Assembly (NCBI GenBank): GCA_017520505.1
Contig: JAFXFN010000018.1
Span: forward strand, 184,061 to 248,060
Direction of reading: 5' to 3'
Origin: Clostridia bacterium
Lineage (GTDB): Bacteria; Bacillota; Clostridia; Oscillospirales; CAG-272
DNA length: 64,000 nucleotides
Shown one piece after another: positions 1 to 10,337 of this stretch. Position numbers and translations under genes: made by a program. The notes beneath the pieces were generated by a model. It was not told the DNA's origin. It worked only from the letters and a program-made list of their open reading frames with translations, and searched no databases. The stretch's first letter is position 1, and the number at the start of each line of letters is the position of its first letter.

Positions 1-297
1 AAGAAAGGCGGAAATCTTTCACGCTCATCCCTTGAGGTGCTTGCTATCATTGCTTATAATCAGCCCGTGACAAAATCATATATTGAAAGTGTCAGAGGTG
101 TTGACTGTACGTACACGGTCACGTCTCTTCTTGAAAAGGATCTTATTGAAAACTGCGGCACACTTGATGCTCCCGGTCGTCCGTCGCTTTACAAAACGAC
201 ACCCGATTTTCTTCGTATTTTCGGAATATCGGATATTTCAGAGCTGCCGCCGTATCAGCTTGTCGGCGCTGACGGACAAGTTGTTATCAAGCCGTAA
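1..297 (+). CDS. scpB: Segregation and condensation protein B, C-terminal part; the 5' end lies outside the window
   Basis: Frame 1 is open from base 1 (KKGGNLSRSSLEVLAIIAYNQPVTKSYIESVRGVDC...). It shows the ScpB winged-helix signature. Downstream synteny (ytfI, ytfJ, dacB, rluB) is typical of Firmicutes. Confidence 0.85.
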   Translation, partial: KKGGNLSRSSLEVLAIIAYNQPVTKSYIESVRGVDCTYTVTSLLEKDLIENCGTLDAPGRPSLYKTTPDFLRIFGISDISELPPYQLVGADGQVVIKP

Positions 298-306
298 GGA
301 TAAAGT

Positions 307-984
307 ATGGTATTTTTATACATTTTTCTCGGTATACTTGCTTTTTTCACCCTTATAATGTTTATACCCGTTAAATTCGGTATACAGTATAAGGAAAATG
401 CGGAAATTTATTTAAAGGTACTTTTTATTAAAATAAAGCTTTCGCCAAGAAAAAAGAAGGTAAACATAAAAAAATATTCACCCCGTGCTATGGAAAAGGC
501 ACGGAGGAAAAAAATCAAACAGCAGATCAAAAAAGAACAAAAGCTTATAAAAAAATCCAACAAGAAAAAAAAGAATGCGGAAAAGAAAGTATCGAAGATA
601 AAGGATATTTTAAGCCATCCTACCGATATACCGTCTTTTATAACCGATATTTACGACATTTTATCGATCGTCACGGACAAGTTCACAAAGAGGCTTAAAA
701 TAAAGATACTTTCTTGTAACGTTGACATAGGTTCAGACAATGCGGCAAAGACGGCCGTTCTTTACGGCTCTGTGTGCGCAGGTATAAATGCACTTTTGTC
801 AGCACTCGTTCAGTTTACAAGATATAACGAAAAAGACAATGAAAACATAACGGTAACACCGAATTTCATAAGCGAAAAGACGGTGTGCGATCTCCATTTG
901 CAGGTATCGCTAAGACCGGGACAGCTTTTCACTTTTCTCATTTCGTCAATTCCCGAAATATTCAGAATACTTGATTATATATAA
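307..984 (+). CDS. DUF2953 family membrane protein (YtfI-like, sporulation-associated)
   Basis: N-terminal TM segment (MVFLYIFLGILAFFTLIMFIPVKF) followed by a Lys-rich linker. It sits immediately upstream of a GerW/YtfJ gene, which is the usual ytfI-ytfJ pair. Confidence 0.65.
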   Translation: MVFLYIFLGILAFFTLIMFIPVKFGIQYKENAEIYLKVLFIKIKLSPRKKKVNIKKYSPRAMEKARRKKIKQQIKKEQKLIKKSNKKKKNAEKKVSKIKDILSHPTDIPSFITDIYDILSIVTDKFTKRLKIKILSCNVDIGSDNAAKTAVLYGSVCAGINALLSALVQFTRYNEKDNENITVTPNFISEKTVCDLHLQVSLRPGQLFTFLISSIPEIFRILDYI

Positions 985-998
985 ACCTGGAGGAAATT

Positions 999-1478
999 AT
1001 GGCAGAACAAAAATTTTCCGATGCGCTCAGAACATCGCTTGAAAACATCAAGAATATCGTTGAGGCCGATACGATAATCGGCGAGCCTATTGTGACGTCT
1101 TCCGGCGTTACTATCATTCCCGTATCAAAAATTATGGTCGGACTTGCCACAGGCGGCGTTGATTATATCGGCAAGCACACAAAGGGACAGAACGACCGTG
1201 CCAACAGCTTTACGGGTGCGGGCGGATCGGGTGTTACGGTATCCCCTGTTGCATTTCTCGTAATAAAGCCCGACGGCGACGTATCAATGATGAGCATAAA
1301 CAATCCGCAGGATTCGGCAAACGACCTCGGCTCAAGCGTACTTTCCCTGCTCAACAAAACACCCGATATTGTCGGCAAGGTAAAGGACATCGTTAAGTCC
1401 GTAAAGAAAAACAAAAAGGAAGATGCATCAACCGTTGAGGAGCTTGATCTTTCCGAAATAATGAATACAGAAGAATAA
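999..1478 (+). CDS. ytfJ: GerW/YtfJ family sporulation protein
   Basis: The sequence ...IVEADTIIGEPIVTSSGVTIIPVSKIMVGLATGGVDY...GAGGSGVTVSPVAFLVI is the characteristic GerW pattern. RBS GGAGG lies upstream. Confidence 0.8.
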   Translation: MAEQKFSDALRTSLENIKNIVEADTIIGEPIVTSSGVTIIPVSKIMVGLATGGVDYIGKHTKGQNDRANSFTGAGGSGVTVSPVAFLVIKPDGDVSMMSINNPQDSANDLGSSVLSLLNKTPDIVGKVKDIVKSVKKNKKEDASTVEELDLSEIMNTEE

Positions 1479-1545
1479 TTCTTTCTTTTACCTCATATTA
1501 TCTAACACGGTGTCATCACCAAATATGATATACTGCGGAGTTAAT

Positions 1546-2697
1546 ATGAGAAAAGCATTTAATATCTGTATTTCAATATTTGCAGCATTTTGTCTTACGC
1601 TGTGCCCCTACGCTTCAAGCGACGGAGAGGTGTCGGTCAACACCGATGCAAATTTTCCTGCCGTATCAGCGGCCTCGGCTTGCATCATTGAATGTGATTC
1701 GGGCGACGTAATATATGAGAAAAACTCAAATAAGACGATGGCAATGGCAAGCACGACGAAGATAATGACAGCGATCGTCGCCATTGAAAACGCACCGATG
1801 AAAAAGATAATAACCGTTTCATCGGAGGCAGTCGGTATTGAAGGCTCGTCAATATACCTTTGCGAAAACGAACGCCTTACAACAGAGGAGCTTTTGTACG
1901 CTCTTATGCTTGAATCGGCAAACGATGCCGCCTGTGCACTCGCCATTGAAATAGGCGGAAGTGTTGAGGGATTCGTTGATATGATGAATGACAAGGCATC
2001 AAGCCTCGGACTTCGAAACACACATTTCACAAATCCTCACGGTCTTTCTGACACCGAGCATTACAGCACAGCGCAGGACTTGGCAACGCTTATGGCTTAC
2101 TGTATGAAAAACGAAACGTTTGCAAAGATAACATCGACAAAGAAATTCTCTCTTGACGGCTCAGACGATTCGTATTCAAGGCTTCTTGTAAACCACAACC
2201 GTCTTCTCGGAACTTACGACGGTATTACAGGCGGTAAAACAGGTTACACGAAGAATGCAGGCAGATGTCTTGTCACAGCGTGCGAAAGAAACGGCGTGAC
2301 GCTTTGCGCAGTTACGCTTAACGCACCCGATGATTGGAACGACCACAAGAGTATGTATTCATACGGATTCACCTTATACAAGCGTGTTGTGCTTGAATCC
2401 GCAGGACAGTTTGAATACACAGCACCCGTATGCGGCGGCGACAAAGAAAGCATCACCGCACACACACGTGAAAATACCTCTGCGGTCATAAGAATAAACG
2501 GCTGTGACCTGCGCCGAGTCGTTTATATGAGGAGATTTTATTATCCCGAAATAGAAGACGGCGACATAATCGGATACGTCAATTACTTTAACGGCGATCT
2601 TATTATTGCATCATCTGCAATATACGCTGGCTACAGCATCGGAGAAGCTATCGATGACCGTGGATTTTTTGAAAAATTAAAGGATCTTATAAACTAA
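1546..2697 (+). CDS. dacB: D-alanyl-D-alanine carboxypeptidase (peptidase S11, PBP5/DacB-like)
   Basis: SxxK active-site motif ASTTK and a signal peptide MRKAFNICISIFAAFCLTLC. I chose the ATG at 1546 (GGAG 6 nt upstream) over the GTG at 1510 in the ORF track. Synteny matches B. subtilis scpB...dacB. Confidence 0.8.
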   Translation: MRKAFNICISIFAAFCLTLCPYASSDGEVSVNTDANFPAVSAASACIIECDSGDVIYEKNSNKTMAMASTTKIMTAIVAIENAPMKKIITVSSEAVGIEGSSIYLCENERLTTEELLYALMLESANDAACALAIEIGGSVEGFVDMMNDKASSLGLRNTHFTNPHGLSDTEHYSTAQDLATLMAYCMKNETFAKITSTKKFSLDGSDDSYSRLLVNHNRLLGTYDGITGGKTGYTKNAGRCLVTACERNGVTLCAVTLNAPDDWNDHKSMYSYGFTLYKRVVLESAGQFEYTAPVCGGDKESITAHTRENTSAVIRINGCDLRRVVYMRRFYYPEIEDGDIIGYVNYFNGDLIIASSAIYAGYSIGEAIDDRGFFEKLKDLIN

Positions 2698-3422
2698 TGG
2701 AAAAAATGAGGATACAAAAATATCTGTCGCTTTGCGGTGTTACATCGCGCAGGGCGGCAGAGGACGATATAAAAAACGGCATAGTTTACGTAAACGGAAA
2801 GGTGTGCGAAATCGGTCAGGTGATCGATCCTGCCGTTGACACCGTTACATATAAAGGCAAAAAGGTAATTGCAAAGCGTGAAAGCGACCGCATTTACGTA
2901 ATACTTAACAAACCGAGGGGATATATAACAACCTCAAGTGATGAGCTTGGACGTAAGACCGTGCTTGATCTTGTATCCGACATTTCCGAAAGAATATACC
3001 CCGTCGGACGTCTTGACCGTGATTCGGAGGGACTTTTGCTTCTGACAAATGACGGTGAGCTTACAAATATTCTCACCCACCCCACGCACAAGATACCGAA
3101 AATATACCACGTCAAATTTGCAGGAAAGATAACAGAAGAACAGCTATCCACGCTTCGCAGTCCTCTTGTCATTGACGGATATAAAATCAAGCCCGTACAA
3201 ACTGATGTTATCCGAATGACTGACAACGAAACCGTGCTTGAATTCACCTTATTTGAGGGCAGAAACCGACAGATAAGAAAAATGGCAGAGGCGGCAGGAC
3301 TTCGTATTATAAGACTGACGAGAATTGCGATAGGCAACATAAAGCTCGGCAATTTAGCCCCCGGCAAATATAAATATCTTACGGGCAAACAAGTTCAATA
3401 TTTAAAGGAAAAGGGTATATAA
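2697..3422 (+). CDS. rluB: Pseudouridine synthase, RsuA/RluB family with N-terminal S4 domain
   Basis: S4 motif (RIQKYLSLCGVTSRRAAE) and catalytic motif GRLDRDSEGLLLLTNDG. The start overlaps the dacB stop (TAATG). Confidence 0.85.
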   Translation: MEKMRIQKYLSLCGVTSRRAAEDDIKNGIVYVNGKVCEIGQVIDPAVDTVTYKGKKVIAKRESDRIYVILNKPRGYITTSSDELGRKTVLDLVSDISERIYPVGRLDRDSEGLLLLTNDGELTNILTHPTHKIPKIYHVKFAGKITEEQLSTLRSPLVIDGYKIKPVQTDVIRMTDNETVLEFTLFEGRNRQIRKMAEAAGLRIIRLTRIAIGNIKLGNLAPGKYKYLTGKQVQYLKEKGI

Positions 3423-3423
3423 A

Positions 3424-3801
3424 ATGCTTACCGTAAAACCGATACAGGACAAGCAGGTACAAAAGGACATCTGCAATTTATGCGGTGTTGAATATAATGA
3501 AGCGCATTTTTGCTACGGCGGTTATGATGACGGTGTGCTTACAGCCTGCTGTCAGTTTTATTTAAACGGCGAACACGGAATGATAGATGAAATTGCGTAC
3601 GTTCCGGGCAAAGAAAACCGTGATATGATAATTCTTTTAGGAATGTCAGCTGTCAGCTTTATAGACATTTGCGGCGTCAAACGTGTGATATATACCGGCG
3701 AAAATGATGAGCTTATCAAAATGCTCGGCTTTACCAAAAACGAAAACGGTGTTTACACATACAACATCGTTCCTCACAAATGCTGTGGAGAAAATCATTG
3801 A
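3424..3801 (+). CDS. Hypothetical small cytoplasmic protein (125 aa)
   Basis: ORF tightly packed after rluB. I recognise no motif. Confidence 0.45.
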   Translation: MLTVKPIQDKQVQKDICNLCGVEYNEAHFCYGGYDDGVLTACCQFYLNGEHGMIDEIAYVPGKENRDMIILLGMSAVSFIDICGVKRVIYTGENDELIKMLGFTKNENGVYTYNIVPHKCCGENH

Positions 3802-4748
3802 AGCCTTTCATTTTTGTCGTTTTGGCAATACTGCTATTTTATTTTATACTGTGCCTGTACATTGCCTTTGTTGCCGTAGGAAAGAAGAAAAAAAGAACAA
3901 GACAATCACTTGAAAAAGTACTTTCCAACCCTTCCCTTTCATCAGAACACGAGCACGCACGCAGGTATATTGAAAGAATTGAAACACTTGAAAATGCCGT
4001 AAGCAAAACGCTAATCGTTGAAAGCTTTGATGGACTTAAACTGAAAGCATATTATGCTCCCTGCGGGAAGTCAACCGATACTTTTGTTTTGCTCGTGCAC
4101 GGATATGATTCAGATGCCTATACCGCTTTCGGCTCGCAGATAAAATTCTATAAAGACCTTGGATATGACGTCATCGTTATTGATCAAAGAGCGTGCGGAA
4201 ATTCCGAGGGTAAATTCGTTACCTTTGCGGTGAATGAAAGCCGTGATGTTGCCGATTGGTGTCATTATATAGCAAGCGAATTTAAAAATTGCAAAAATAT
4301 CGTTTTACACGGAATATCTCTCGGAGGAGCAAGCGTTTTGCTGTCCTTGGACAAGCAGCTGCCGAGCGAGGTAAAATGCGTAATTGACGATTGCGGCTTT
4401 GACAGTCCTGAGGGAATACTGCAACACGTGCTGAAAAAAGACTATCATCTTCCCTCCTTTATCAGAAAAACCGCAATCATCTTCTGTGAAATACTTTGCA
4501 AATGCAGATTCCGTGGTGTAAACACCGAAGACGTTTTAAAAAATACAGATCTGCCTGTGCTTTTTATCCACGGTGCGCTTGATACTTACGTACCGTATTA
4601 TATGAGCGAGGACAATTACAAAGCCGCTAAAAATCCATTTGAATTTTATACGGTTGCTGATGCTCACCACGCAAATTCATTTATACTTGACGAAAGCGGA
4701 TGCTTCAGCGCTGTAAAACGGCTGCTTGAACGAGCGTTACAGAATTGA
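3780..4748 (+). CDS. Membrane-anchored alpha/beta hydrolase
   Basis: N-terminal TM helix, nucleophile elbow GISLGG, and a downstream Asp/His region (FIHGALDT...ADAHH). Confidence 0.7.
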   Translation: MLWRKSLKPFIFVVLAILLFYFILCLYIAFVAVGKKKKRTRQSLEKVLSNPSLSSEHEHARRYIERIETLENAVSKTLIVESFDGLKLKAYYAPCGKSTDTFVLLVHGYDSDAYTAFGSQIKFYKDLGYDVIVIDQRACGNSEGKFVTFAVNESRDVADWCHYIASEFKNCKNIVLHGISLGGASVLLSLDKQLPSEVKCVIDDCGFDSPEGILQHVLKKDYHLPSFIRKTAIIFCEILCKCRFRGVNTEDVLKNTDLPVLFIHGALDTYVPYYMSEDNYKAAKNPFEFYTVADAHHANSFILDESGCFSAVKRLLERALQN

Positions 4749-5230
4749 GGAAAAATATGAACGATGAATATTTAGAAAAAACAAAGCTTCTGAATCTGTG
4801 CCGTGACATCAACAAAGGATTGTTTTCAGAAAACGCTGTTGACGATATAAAAGAGCTTCTTGTACTCTACAACAAATGCGGAAACAGAACAGACAAGGAC
4901 AACGTCAAGAACATCGCTTTAAAAAACAAAGCTGATAAAAAACAGCTTTTGAAGATCATTTACATCTGCTTTGTCAATATGTGGGAGCTTGACCTTAATT
5001 CCTCAGAACGCCTTGTGTTTGCCGAGGAAATAATAAAAGACGGCGGATTTCTCTATAAGTCAGAAAAATACGGAACGAGAAGCATCACAATGGAGCTTTT
5101 GCGTTTGGCAAAAAACGCTTTGAGCGACACATTTGACGATAGCAAGGAAGAAAAAAAGCGGGAAGAACTTTTGACACTTGCCAAAAAATTCTCCCGCTTA
5201 AAGATAATTTTATTAAATAAAGTCAGTTGA
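4745..5230 (+). CDS. Hypothetical protein (161 aa)
   Basis: The ORF has a 4-nt start/stop overlap with the upstream hydrolase. No recognised motif. Confidence 0.4.
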   Translation: MRKNMNDEYLEKTKLLNLCRDINKGLFSENAVDDIKELLVLYNKCGNRTDKDNVKNIALKNKADKKQLLKIIYICFVNMWELDLNSSERLVFAEEIIKDGGFLYKSEKYGTRSITMELLRLAKNALSDTFDDSKEEKKREELLTLAKKFSRLKIILLNKVS

Positions 5231-6167
5231 CAACATTTACAGGCGTACCGTTCTGGTATGCCTTTATATTTTCCGCAACTATATTTATGAGCCTTATACG
5301 TGACTCAAGAGATGCCCACGCAACGTGTGGGGTGATCGTGCAGTTTTTCGCCTTGAGCAAGGGATTTCCCTCTTTCATAGGCTCAACCGTCAGAACATCG
5401 AGCGCCGCACCTGCTATTTTACCGTTATTAAGCGCATCTGCAAGGTCAGCCTCGTTTATGACACCGCCTCGTGACGTGTTAATAAGATACGCTGTGGGCT
5501 TCATCAAGGAAAGCGTTTTTTCAGAAACAATCTCACGGTTGTCAGCCGTCAAGGGAGCGTGAAGTGTAAGATAATCGCTTCTTTTAAAAAGCTCCTCGAC
5601 ACTTACGTATTCATAGTCGTTGTCACGTACGGTTCTTGTGCACGCTATTACGTTCATTCCTAAAACACGTGCGCACTCTGCCACTTTTCTTCCTATAGCA
5701 CCCATTCCGTAAACTCCAAGTGTTTTACCGTAAAGCTCCGTGATAGGATACGGAAAATACGAAAACGCATAAGACTTTATCCATTCACCGCTGTGAGTGG
5801 ATTCGTTGTAGTTATGAAGTGACGTTGCGTGTGAAAGAATAAACGCCATCGTAAGCTGTGCAACAGAATAAGTTGAATAACCGGGAACGTTGACAACAAC
5901 GATTCCCCTTTTTCTTGCTTCATCCGTGGATATATTATTGTAACCCGTTGCAAAAAGCCCGATATATTTGAGATTTTTGCATTTGTCCATAATATCCGCA
6001 TCAATTACAGCCTTGTTGCAAATTAACACCTCGGCATCCTTTGCGGCATCTATAATTTCTTCATGCGGTAAAATATCGTAATAAGACACTTCACCGAGCG
6101 CTTCGATGGGGGAAAAATCAATATCCCCCACCGTAAGCGTACATTTATCAAGCACGGTTATTTTCAT
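5223..6167 (-). CDS. D-isomer-specific 2-hydroxyacid dehydrogenase (glycerate/hydroxypyruvate reductase-like)
   Basis: NAD-binding fingerprint GVYGMGAIGRKVA. Catalytic-domain motifs TSRGGVINEADL and TPHVAW. Confidence 0.8.
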   Translation of the reverse strand: MKITVLDKCTLTVGDIDFSPIEALGEVSYYDILPHEEIIDAAKDAEVLICNKAVIDADIMDKCKNLKYIGLFATGYNNISTDEARKRGIVVVNVPGYSTYSVAQLTMAFILSHATSLHNYNESTHSGEWIKSYAFSYFPYPITELYGKTLGVYGMGAIGRKVAECARVLGMNVIACTRTVRDNDYEYVSVEELFKRSDYLTLHAPLTADNREIVSEKTLSLMKPTAYLINTSRGGVINEADLADALNNGKIAGAALDVLTVEPMKEGNPLLKAKNCTITPHVAWASLESRIRLINIVAENIKAYQNGTPVNVVN

Positions 6168-6622
6168 AAGTATCTTCCGAACTCCTCTTTTGTTATTGCA
6201 ACTGCCGAATAAAACAGTAAAAATGCATACATTAATACCGTAAGAACCAGCGCAACGATTACAAGAACGTTGTTATACAAAAGCGCTGTTTTCTGTTCAA
6301 ATGCAGAGCTTGCACATACAAACATCATAAGCATCGCCACAAGCGACACTATATGAGAAGCGGAAGCAAAATTGCTTTTATCCTTGAAAATAACAACTGT
6401 TATAAATATCGCCGCCATAAGCAATACGACAAGTGTCAGGATCGTGAAGAAATAATCTGTCCACTTTGGATCGCCAAGCTTTGATACAAGCTCCTTTTCT
6501 TCCTCTGTAAGAGTTACAGAGTCGAGCAAAGTCTTGCTTATACCTCCTAAAAGTGTTATGAGCATTACAATGAATGACGCAACACCCGAAAGCGCAGACA
6601 AAGATATCAACAATTTTTTCAT
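6164..6622 (-). CDS. Hypothetical integral membrane protein (about 4 TM)
   Basis: Hydrophobic ORF. I chose the ATG at 6622 (MKKLLISLSAL...), 7 nt after the purL stop, over 6661, which would overlap purL by 32 nt. It has an ATGA overlap with the downstream dehydrogenase. Confidence 0.5.
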   Translation of the reverse strand: MKKLLISLSALSGVASFIVMLITLLGGISKTLLDSVTLTEEEKELVSKLGDPKWTDYFFTILTLVVLLMAAIFITVVIFKDKSNFASASHIVSLVAMLMMFVCASSAFEQKTALLYNNVLVIVALVLTVLMYAFLLFYSAVAITKEEFGRYL

Positions 6623-6629
6623 AAACACC

Positions 6630-9600
6630 TTAGATCTTGAAATATTTAACTGCAGATTCAAACAGCTTCATATCGTAGTTTCCGGGAACGTTCTTATAAA
6701 GTCCCTCGCTGTATCTTTCGGTATGTCCCATCTTACCTAAAATTCTTCCGTCGGGTGATGTGATACCCTCTACAGCATAATATGAGCCATTGGGATTATA
6801 CGCTATATCAAACGTAGGCTTACCGTCCATATCAACGTACTGCGTTGCTATCTGTCCGTTTTCCACGAGCTTTGCAAAAAGGTCATCAGGACAGATAAAT
6901 CTACCCTCGCCGTGAGATATCGGCACAGCGTATATCTCGTCGGGTGATGTTGCAGACAGCCACGGTGATTTATTGGAAGCCACACGCGTGTTTACGATCT
7001 TCGACTGGTGGCGTCCGATCGTGTTGAACGTAAGTGTGGGACAGTTGACGTCAGTTTCGACTATCTTACCAAACGGAACGAGTCCGAGCTTGATAAGCGC
7101 CTGGAAGCCGTTACAGATACCTGCCATAAGTCCGTCACGGTTATTGAGCAATTCGTCAACCTTTTCGTGAATAAGGGGATTGCGGAAGAAGGCAGTAATG
7201 AATTTACCTGAACCTTCGGGCTCGTCACCTCCCGAAAATCCTCCGGGAACGAATATAACCTGTGACTTTGCAATTTTTTCTGCAAATGCTTCGGCACTTG
7301 CCGTAACGTCAGATGCTGTCATATTGTTGATTACAAATATTTCAGCCTCACCGCCTGCAAATGCTATTGCCTTTTCGGTATCGTATTCACAGTTTGTACC
7401 GGGGAATACGGGAATGAGGAATTTCGGCTTTGAAATACCGACTTTAGGTGACGGATACGTGCTTGCCTTATATGAATATGCCTTGATTTCCTCTTTTTTG
7501 CTTTCTATATTGCAGGAGTAAACATCCTCAAGCTCATCTTCATAAAGCTTTTCAAGTGTGCAAAGGCATATCTTTTCACCGCTGTACGAAATAGCATATT
7601 CCTCTGTTGTGTAACCGAGTGTTTTTCCGATATCACACGTACAGTCAAGCTCGATTATGAAGCTTCCGTAAGAATAGCCGAATATCTCGTCCATTGTTAC
7701 AGCATCATCATAAGCAAAGCCTATCTTATTGCCGAGTGACATTTTCATTATACCCTCTGCAACACCGCCGTATACAGGTGTGTAAGCGGAAAGAACCTTG
7801 CCCTCTTTTATAAGCTTTGCAACGAGTGCAAAGTTATTTTTGAGTGATTCAACCGTGGGAAGACCGTTTTTACGGTATTCGGGATTGATTATAACTACCT
7901 TTGAGCCTGCCTTCTTGAATTCGGGAGAAATTGCATTTCTGCAGTCACCGCATCCGACAGCATAGGAAACGAGTGTCGGGGGAACGTCGATATTTTCAAA
8001 CGTACCGCTCATTGAGTCCTTACCGCCGATAGATGCAATTTCGAAGTCAAGCTGTGCTTTGAGTGCGCCGAGAAGGGCCGCAAACGGCTTGCCCCAACGT
8101 GCAGGATCATCCTTCGGCTTTTCAAAATATTCCTGGAACGTAAGGTACATATCAGGGCTTTCAACACCGCTGCAAGCGAGCTTACAGAGTGATTCCACAA
8201 CAGAAAGATATGCGCCTACGTACTGATTTTCAGACATTATAAAGGGATTGTAGCCCCACGCAATGACAGATGCCGTATTCGTCTTATGAGGACCTACGGG
8301 AAGCTTTGCGATCATCGTCTGCGCAGGTGTGCGCTGATACTTACCGCCAAAGGGCATAAGCACGGTTGCCGCACCGATCGTCGAGTCAAATCTTTCGGAA
8401 AGTCCACGCTTGGAGCAAACGTTGTAATCACTTGCAAGCTTCTTATATTCATCTGTAAACGATCCGTTTACAGTCTTTTTGCTTATTTTCTTGTCAGCGA
8501 CGGAAACGCCTATATGCTTTTCAGCACCGTTTGAGTTCAAGAAATCACGGGAAATGTCAACGATGACCTTACCGCACCATTCCATTTTAAGACGTTTTTC
8601 TTCCGTTACAGTTGCAACTATTGTCGATTCGAGATTTTCTTCCTTTGCAATAGCGATGAATTTTTCAACGTCTTCAGGATCAAGCACGACTGCCATTCTT
8701 TCCTGCGATTCACTTATTGCAAGCTCTGTACCGTCAAGACCGTCATATTTTTTCGGAACGGCATCGAGATTTATATAAAGACCGTCTGCAAGCTCACCTA
8801 TAGCAACGGAAACACCGCCTGCGCCGAAGTCATTACATCTCTTGATAAGCGTTGATGCTTCGGGATTTCTCATAAGTCTTTGCAGCTTTCTTTCCTCAGG
8901 CGCATTACCCTTCTGGACCTCAGCACCGCAGGTGTGGATAGATTCCGCTGTGTGTGATTTTGACGAGCCTGTTGCACCGCCGCAACCGTCACGGCCCGTT
9001 CTGCCTCCGAGAAGAACAACGATGTCACCGGGGGCGGGTACTTCACGTACAACGTTCTTTTCGGGAGCCGCACCTACGACAGTACCTATTTCAAGTCTTT
9101 TCGCGACGTAACCGGGATGGTAAATTTCATCTACCTGACCTGTTGCAAGACCTATCTGGTTACCGTAGGAAGAATAGCCTGCCGCCGCTGTTGTAACGAT
9201 CTTTCTTTGCTGAAGCTTACCGGGGATAGTATCCTCAACGGAAACGTGAGGATCAGCCGCACCCGTTACACGCATTGCCTGATAAACGTATGCACGTCCG
9301 GAAAGCGGGTCACGGATAGCACCGCCGATACACGTTGCCGCACCGCCGAACGGCTCAATTTCCGTCGGGTGGTTGTGTGTTTCGTTCTTGAAAAGAAGAA
9401 GCCACTTCTGTATTTCTCCGTCAACGTCAACGTCTACCTTGACAGTACAAGCGTTTATTTCTTCACTTTCGTCAATTTTAGGAAGCTTTCCTTTAACCTT
9501 GAGATATCTTGCGCCGATAGTTGCAATATCCATAAGGTTTATGGGCTTTGTGCGTCCAAGCTCTGCTCTTATTTTTATGTATTCGTCATACGTATTTTTA

Positions 9601-10331
9601 ACGTCCTCGTCGTCAATATCGGCAGAATCGATAGTTGTCAAAAACGTTGTATGACGGCAATGGTCAGACCAGTATGTGTCGATCATTCTGATCTCGGTTA
9701 TAGTGGGATCTCTTTTTTCACTTCTGAAATAGTCACGGCAGAAGCGGATATCATCCGCATCCATTGCAAGAGAGTATTTCTTTACAAACTCCGCAAGCTC
9801 ATCCCCCTCCATATCGATAAAGCCGTCAAGTGTTTCAACCGACGTCGGAATATCGTATATATCCTTCAACGTGTTTTTCGTTTCAAGGCTTGCCTTTCTC
9901 GATTCAACGGGGTTGATGATATATTTTTCAATTTTTGCCTTTTGCTCATCTGTAAGCTCACCGTCAAGATAATAAACTCTTGCCGTTCTTACAACGGGAC
10001 GTTCAGCCCCTGTCAAAAGCTGTATGCACTGTGCGGCGGAGTCTGCTCTCTGGTCAAACTGACCGGGGAGATATTCAACTGCGAAAACGTACGCACCGCC
10101 GTCGTCGGGCAGGGTTCTGTAAACGTAGTCAAGCTGAGGCTCTGAAAAAACTGTATTGATACTCTTTTCGAAAAGAGCCTCGTCAAGATTTTCAACGTCG
10201 TATCTGTTAAGCAATCTCACACCCTTGAGTGAAGCTATACCAAGCTGTGCGGAAAGCTCTGCGCAAAGCGATGACGCTTCATTTGAAAGGGCGGGATTTT
10301 TTTCTGTATATATTCTGTAAACCATATTCAA
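6630..10331 (-). CDS. purL: Phosphoribosylformylglycinamidine synthase, single-chain large type (synthetase plus glutaminase domains)
   Basis: 1233 aa. It has PurL AIR-synthase-like repeats and a C-terminal class I amidotransferase motif (GICNGFQAL...SHGEGRF). Confidence 0.92.
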   Translation of the reverse strand: MNMVYRIYTEKNPALSNEASSLCAELSAQLGIASLKGVRLLNRYDVENLDEALFEKSINTVFSEPQLDYVYRTLPDDGGAYVFAVEYLPGQFDQRADSAAQCIQLLTGAERPVVRTARVYYLDGELTDEQKAKIEKYIINPVESRKASLETKNTLKDIYDIPTSVETLDGFIDMEGDELAEFVKKYSLAMDADDIRFCRDYFRSEKRDPTITEIRMIDTYWSDHCRHTTFLTTIDSADIDDEDVKNTYDEYIKIRAELGRTKPINLMDIATIGARYLKVKGKLPKIDESEEINACTVKVDVDVDGEIQKWLLLFKNETHNHPTEIEPFGGAATCIGGAIRDPLSGRAYVYQAMRVTGAADPHVSVEDTIPGKLQQRKIVTTAAAGYSSYGNQIGLATGQVDEIYHPGYVAKRLEIGTVVGAAPEKNVVREVPAPGDIVVLLGGRTGRDGCGGATGSSKSHTAESIHTCGAEVQKGNAPEERKLQRLMRNPEASTLIKRCNDFGAGGVSVAIGELADGLYINLDAVPKKYDGLDGTELAISESQERMAVVLDPEDVEKFIAIAKEENLESTIVATVTEEKRLKMEWCGKVIVDISRDFLNSNGAEKHIGVSVADKKISKKTVNGSFTDEYKKLASDYNVCSKRGLSERFDSTIGAATVLMPFGGKYQRTPAQTMIAKLPVGPHKTNTASVIAWGYNPFIMSENQYVGAYLSVVESLCKLACSGVESPDMYLTFQEYFEKPKDDPARWGKPFAALLGALKAQLDFEIASIGGKDSMSGTFENIDVPPTLVSYAVGCGDCRNAISPEFKKAGSKVVIINPEYRKNGLPTVESLKNNFALVAKLIKEGKVLSAYTPVYGGVAEGIMKMSLGNKIGFAYDDAVTMDEIFGYSYGSFIIELDCTCDIGKTLGYTTEEYAISYSGEKICLCTLEKLYEDELEDVYSCNIESKKEEIKAYSYKASTYPSPKVGISKPKFLIPVFPGTNCEYDTEKAIAFAGGEAEIFVINNMTASDVTASAEAFAEKIAKSQVIFVPGGFSGGDEPEGSGKFITAFFRNPLIHEKVDELLNNRDGLMAGICNGFQALIKLGLVPFGKIVETDVNCPTLTFNTIGRHQSKIVNTRVASNKSPWLSATSPDEIYAVPISHGEGRFICPDDLFAKLVENGQIATQYVDMDGKPTFDIAYNPNGSYYAVEGITSPDGRILGKMGHTERYSEGLYKNVPGNYDMKLFESAVKYFKI

Positions 10332-10337
10332 ACTTCC

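Noticed and set aside
5219-5230. Convergent genes overlapping by 8 nt and sharing TCAGTTGA, which holds both stop codons, with no terminator
   Set aside because: This is a compact-genome curiosity with no evidence of a functional role. The upstream 161-aa ORF is itself only weakly supported.
9117-10145. 342-aa ORF antisense to purL, and similar long antisense ORFs at 30719-31405, 33494-34156, 35755-36405, 36095-36607, 48757-49593 and 59468-60184
   Set aside because: Each lies entirely within a well-supported gene on the opposite strand. Their translations are low-complexity or Cys/Arg/Phe-rich with no motifs and no RBS. They are shadow ORFs produced by codon bias.
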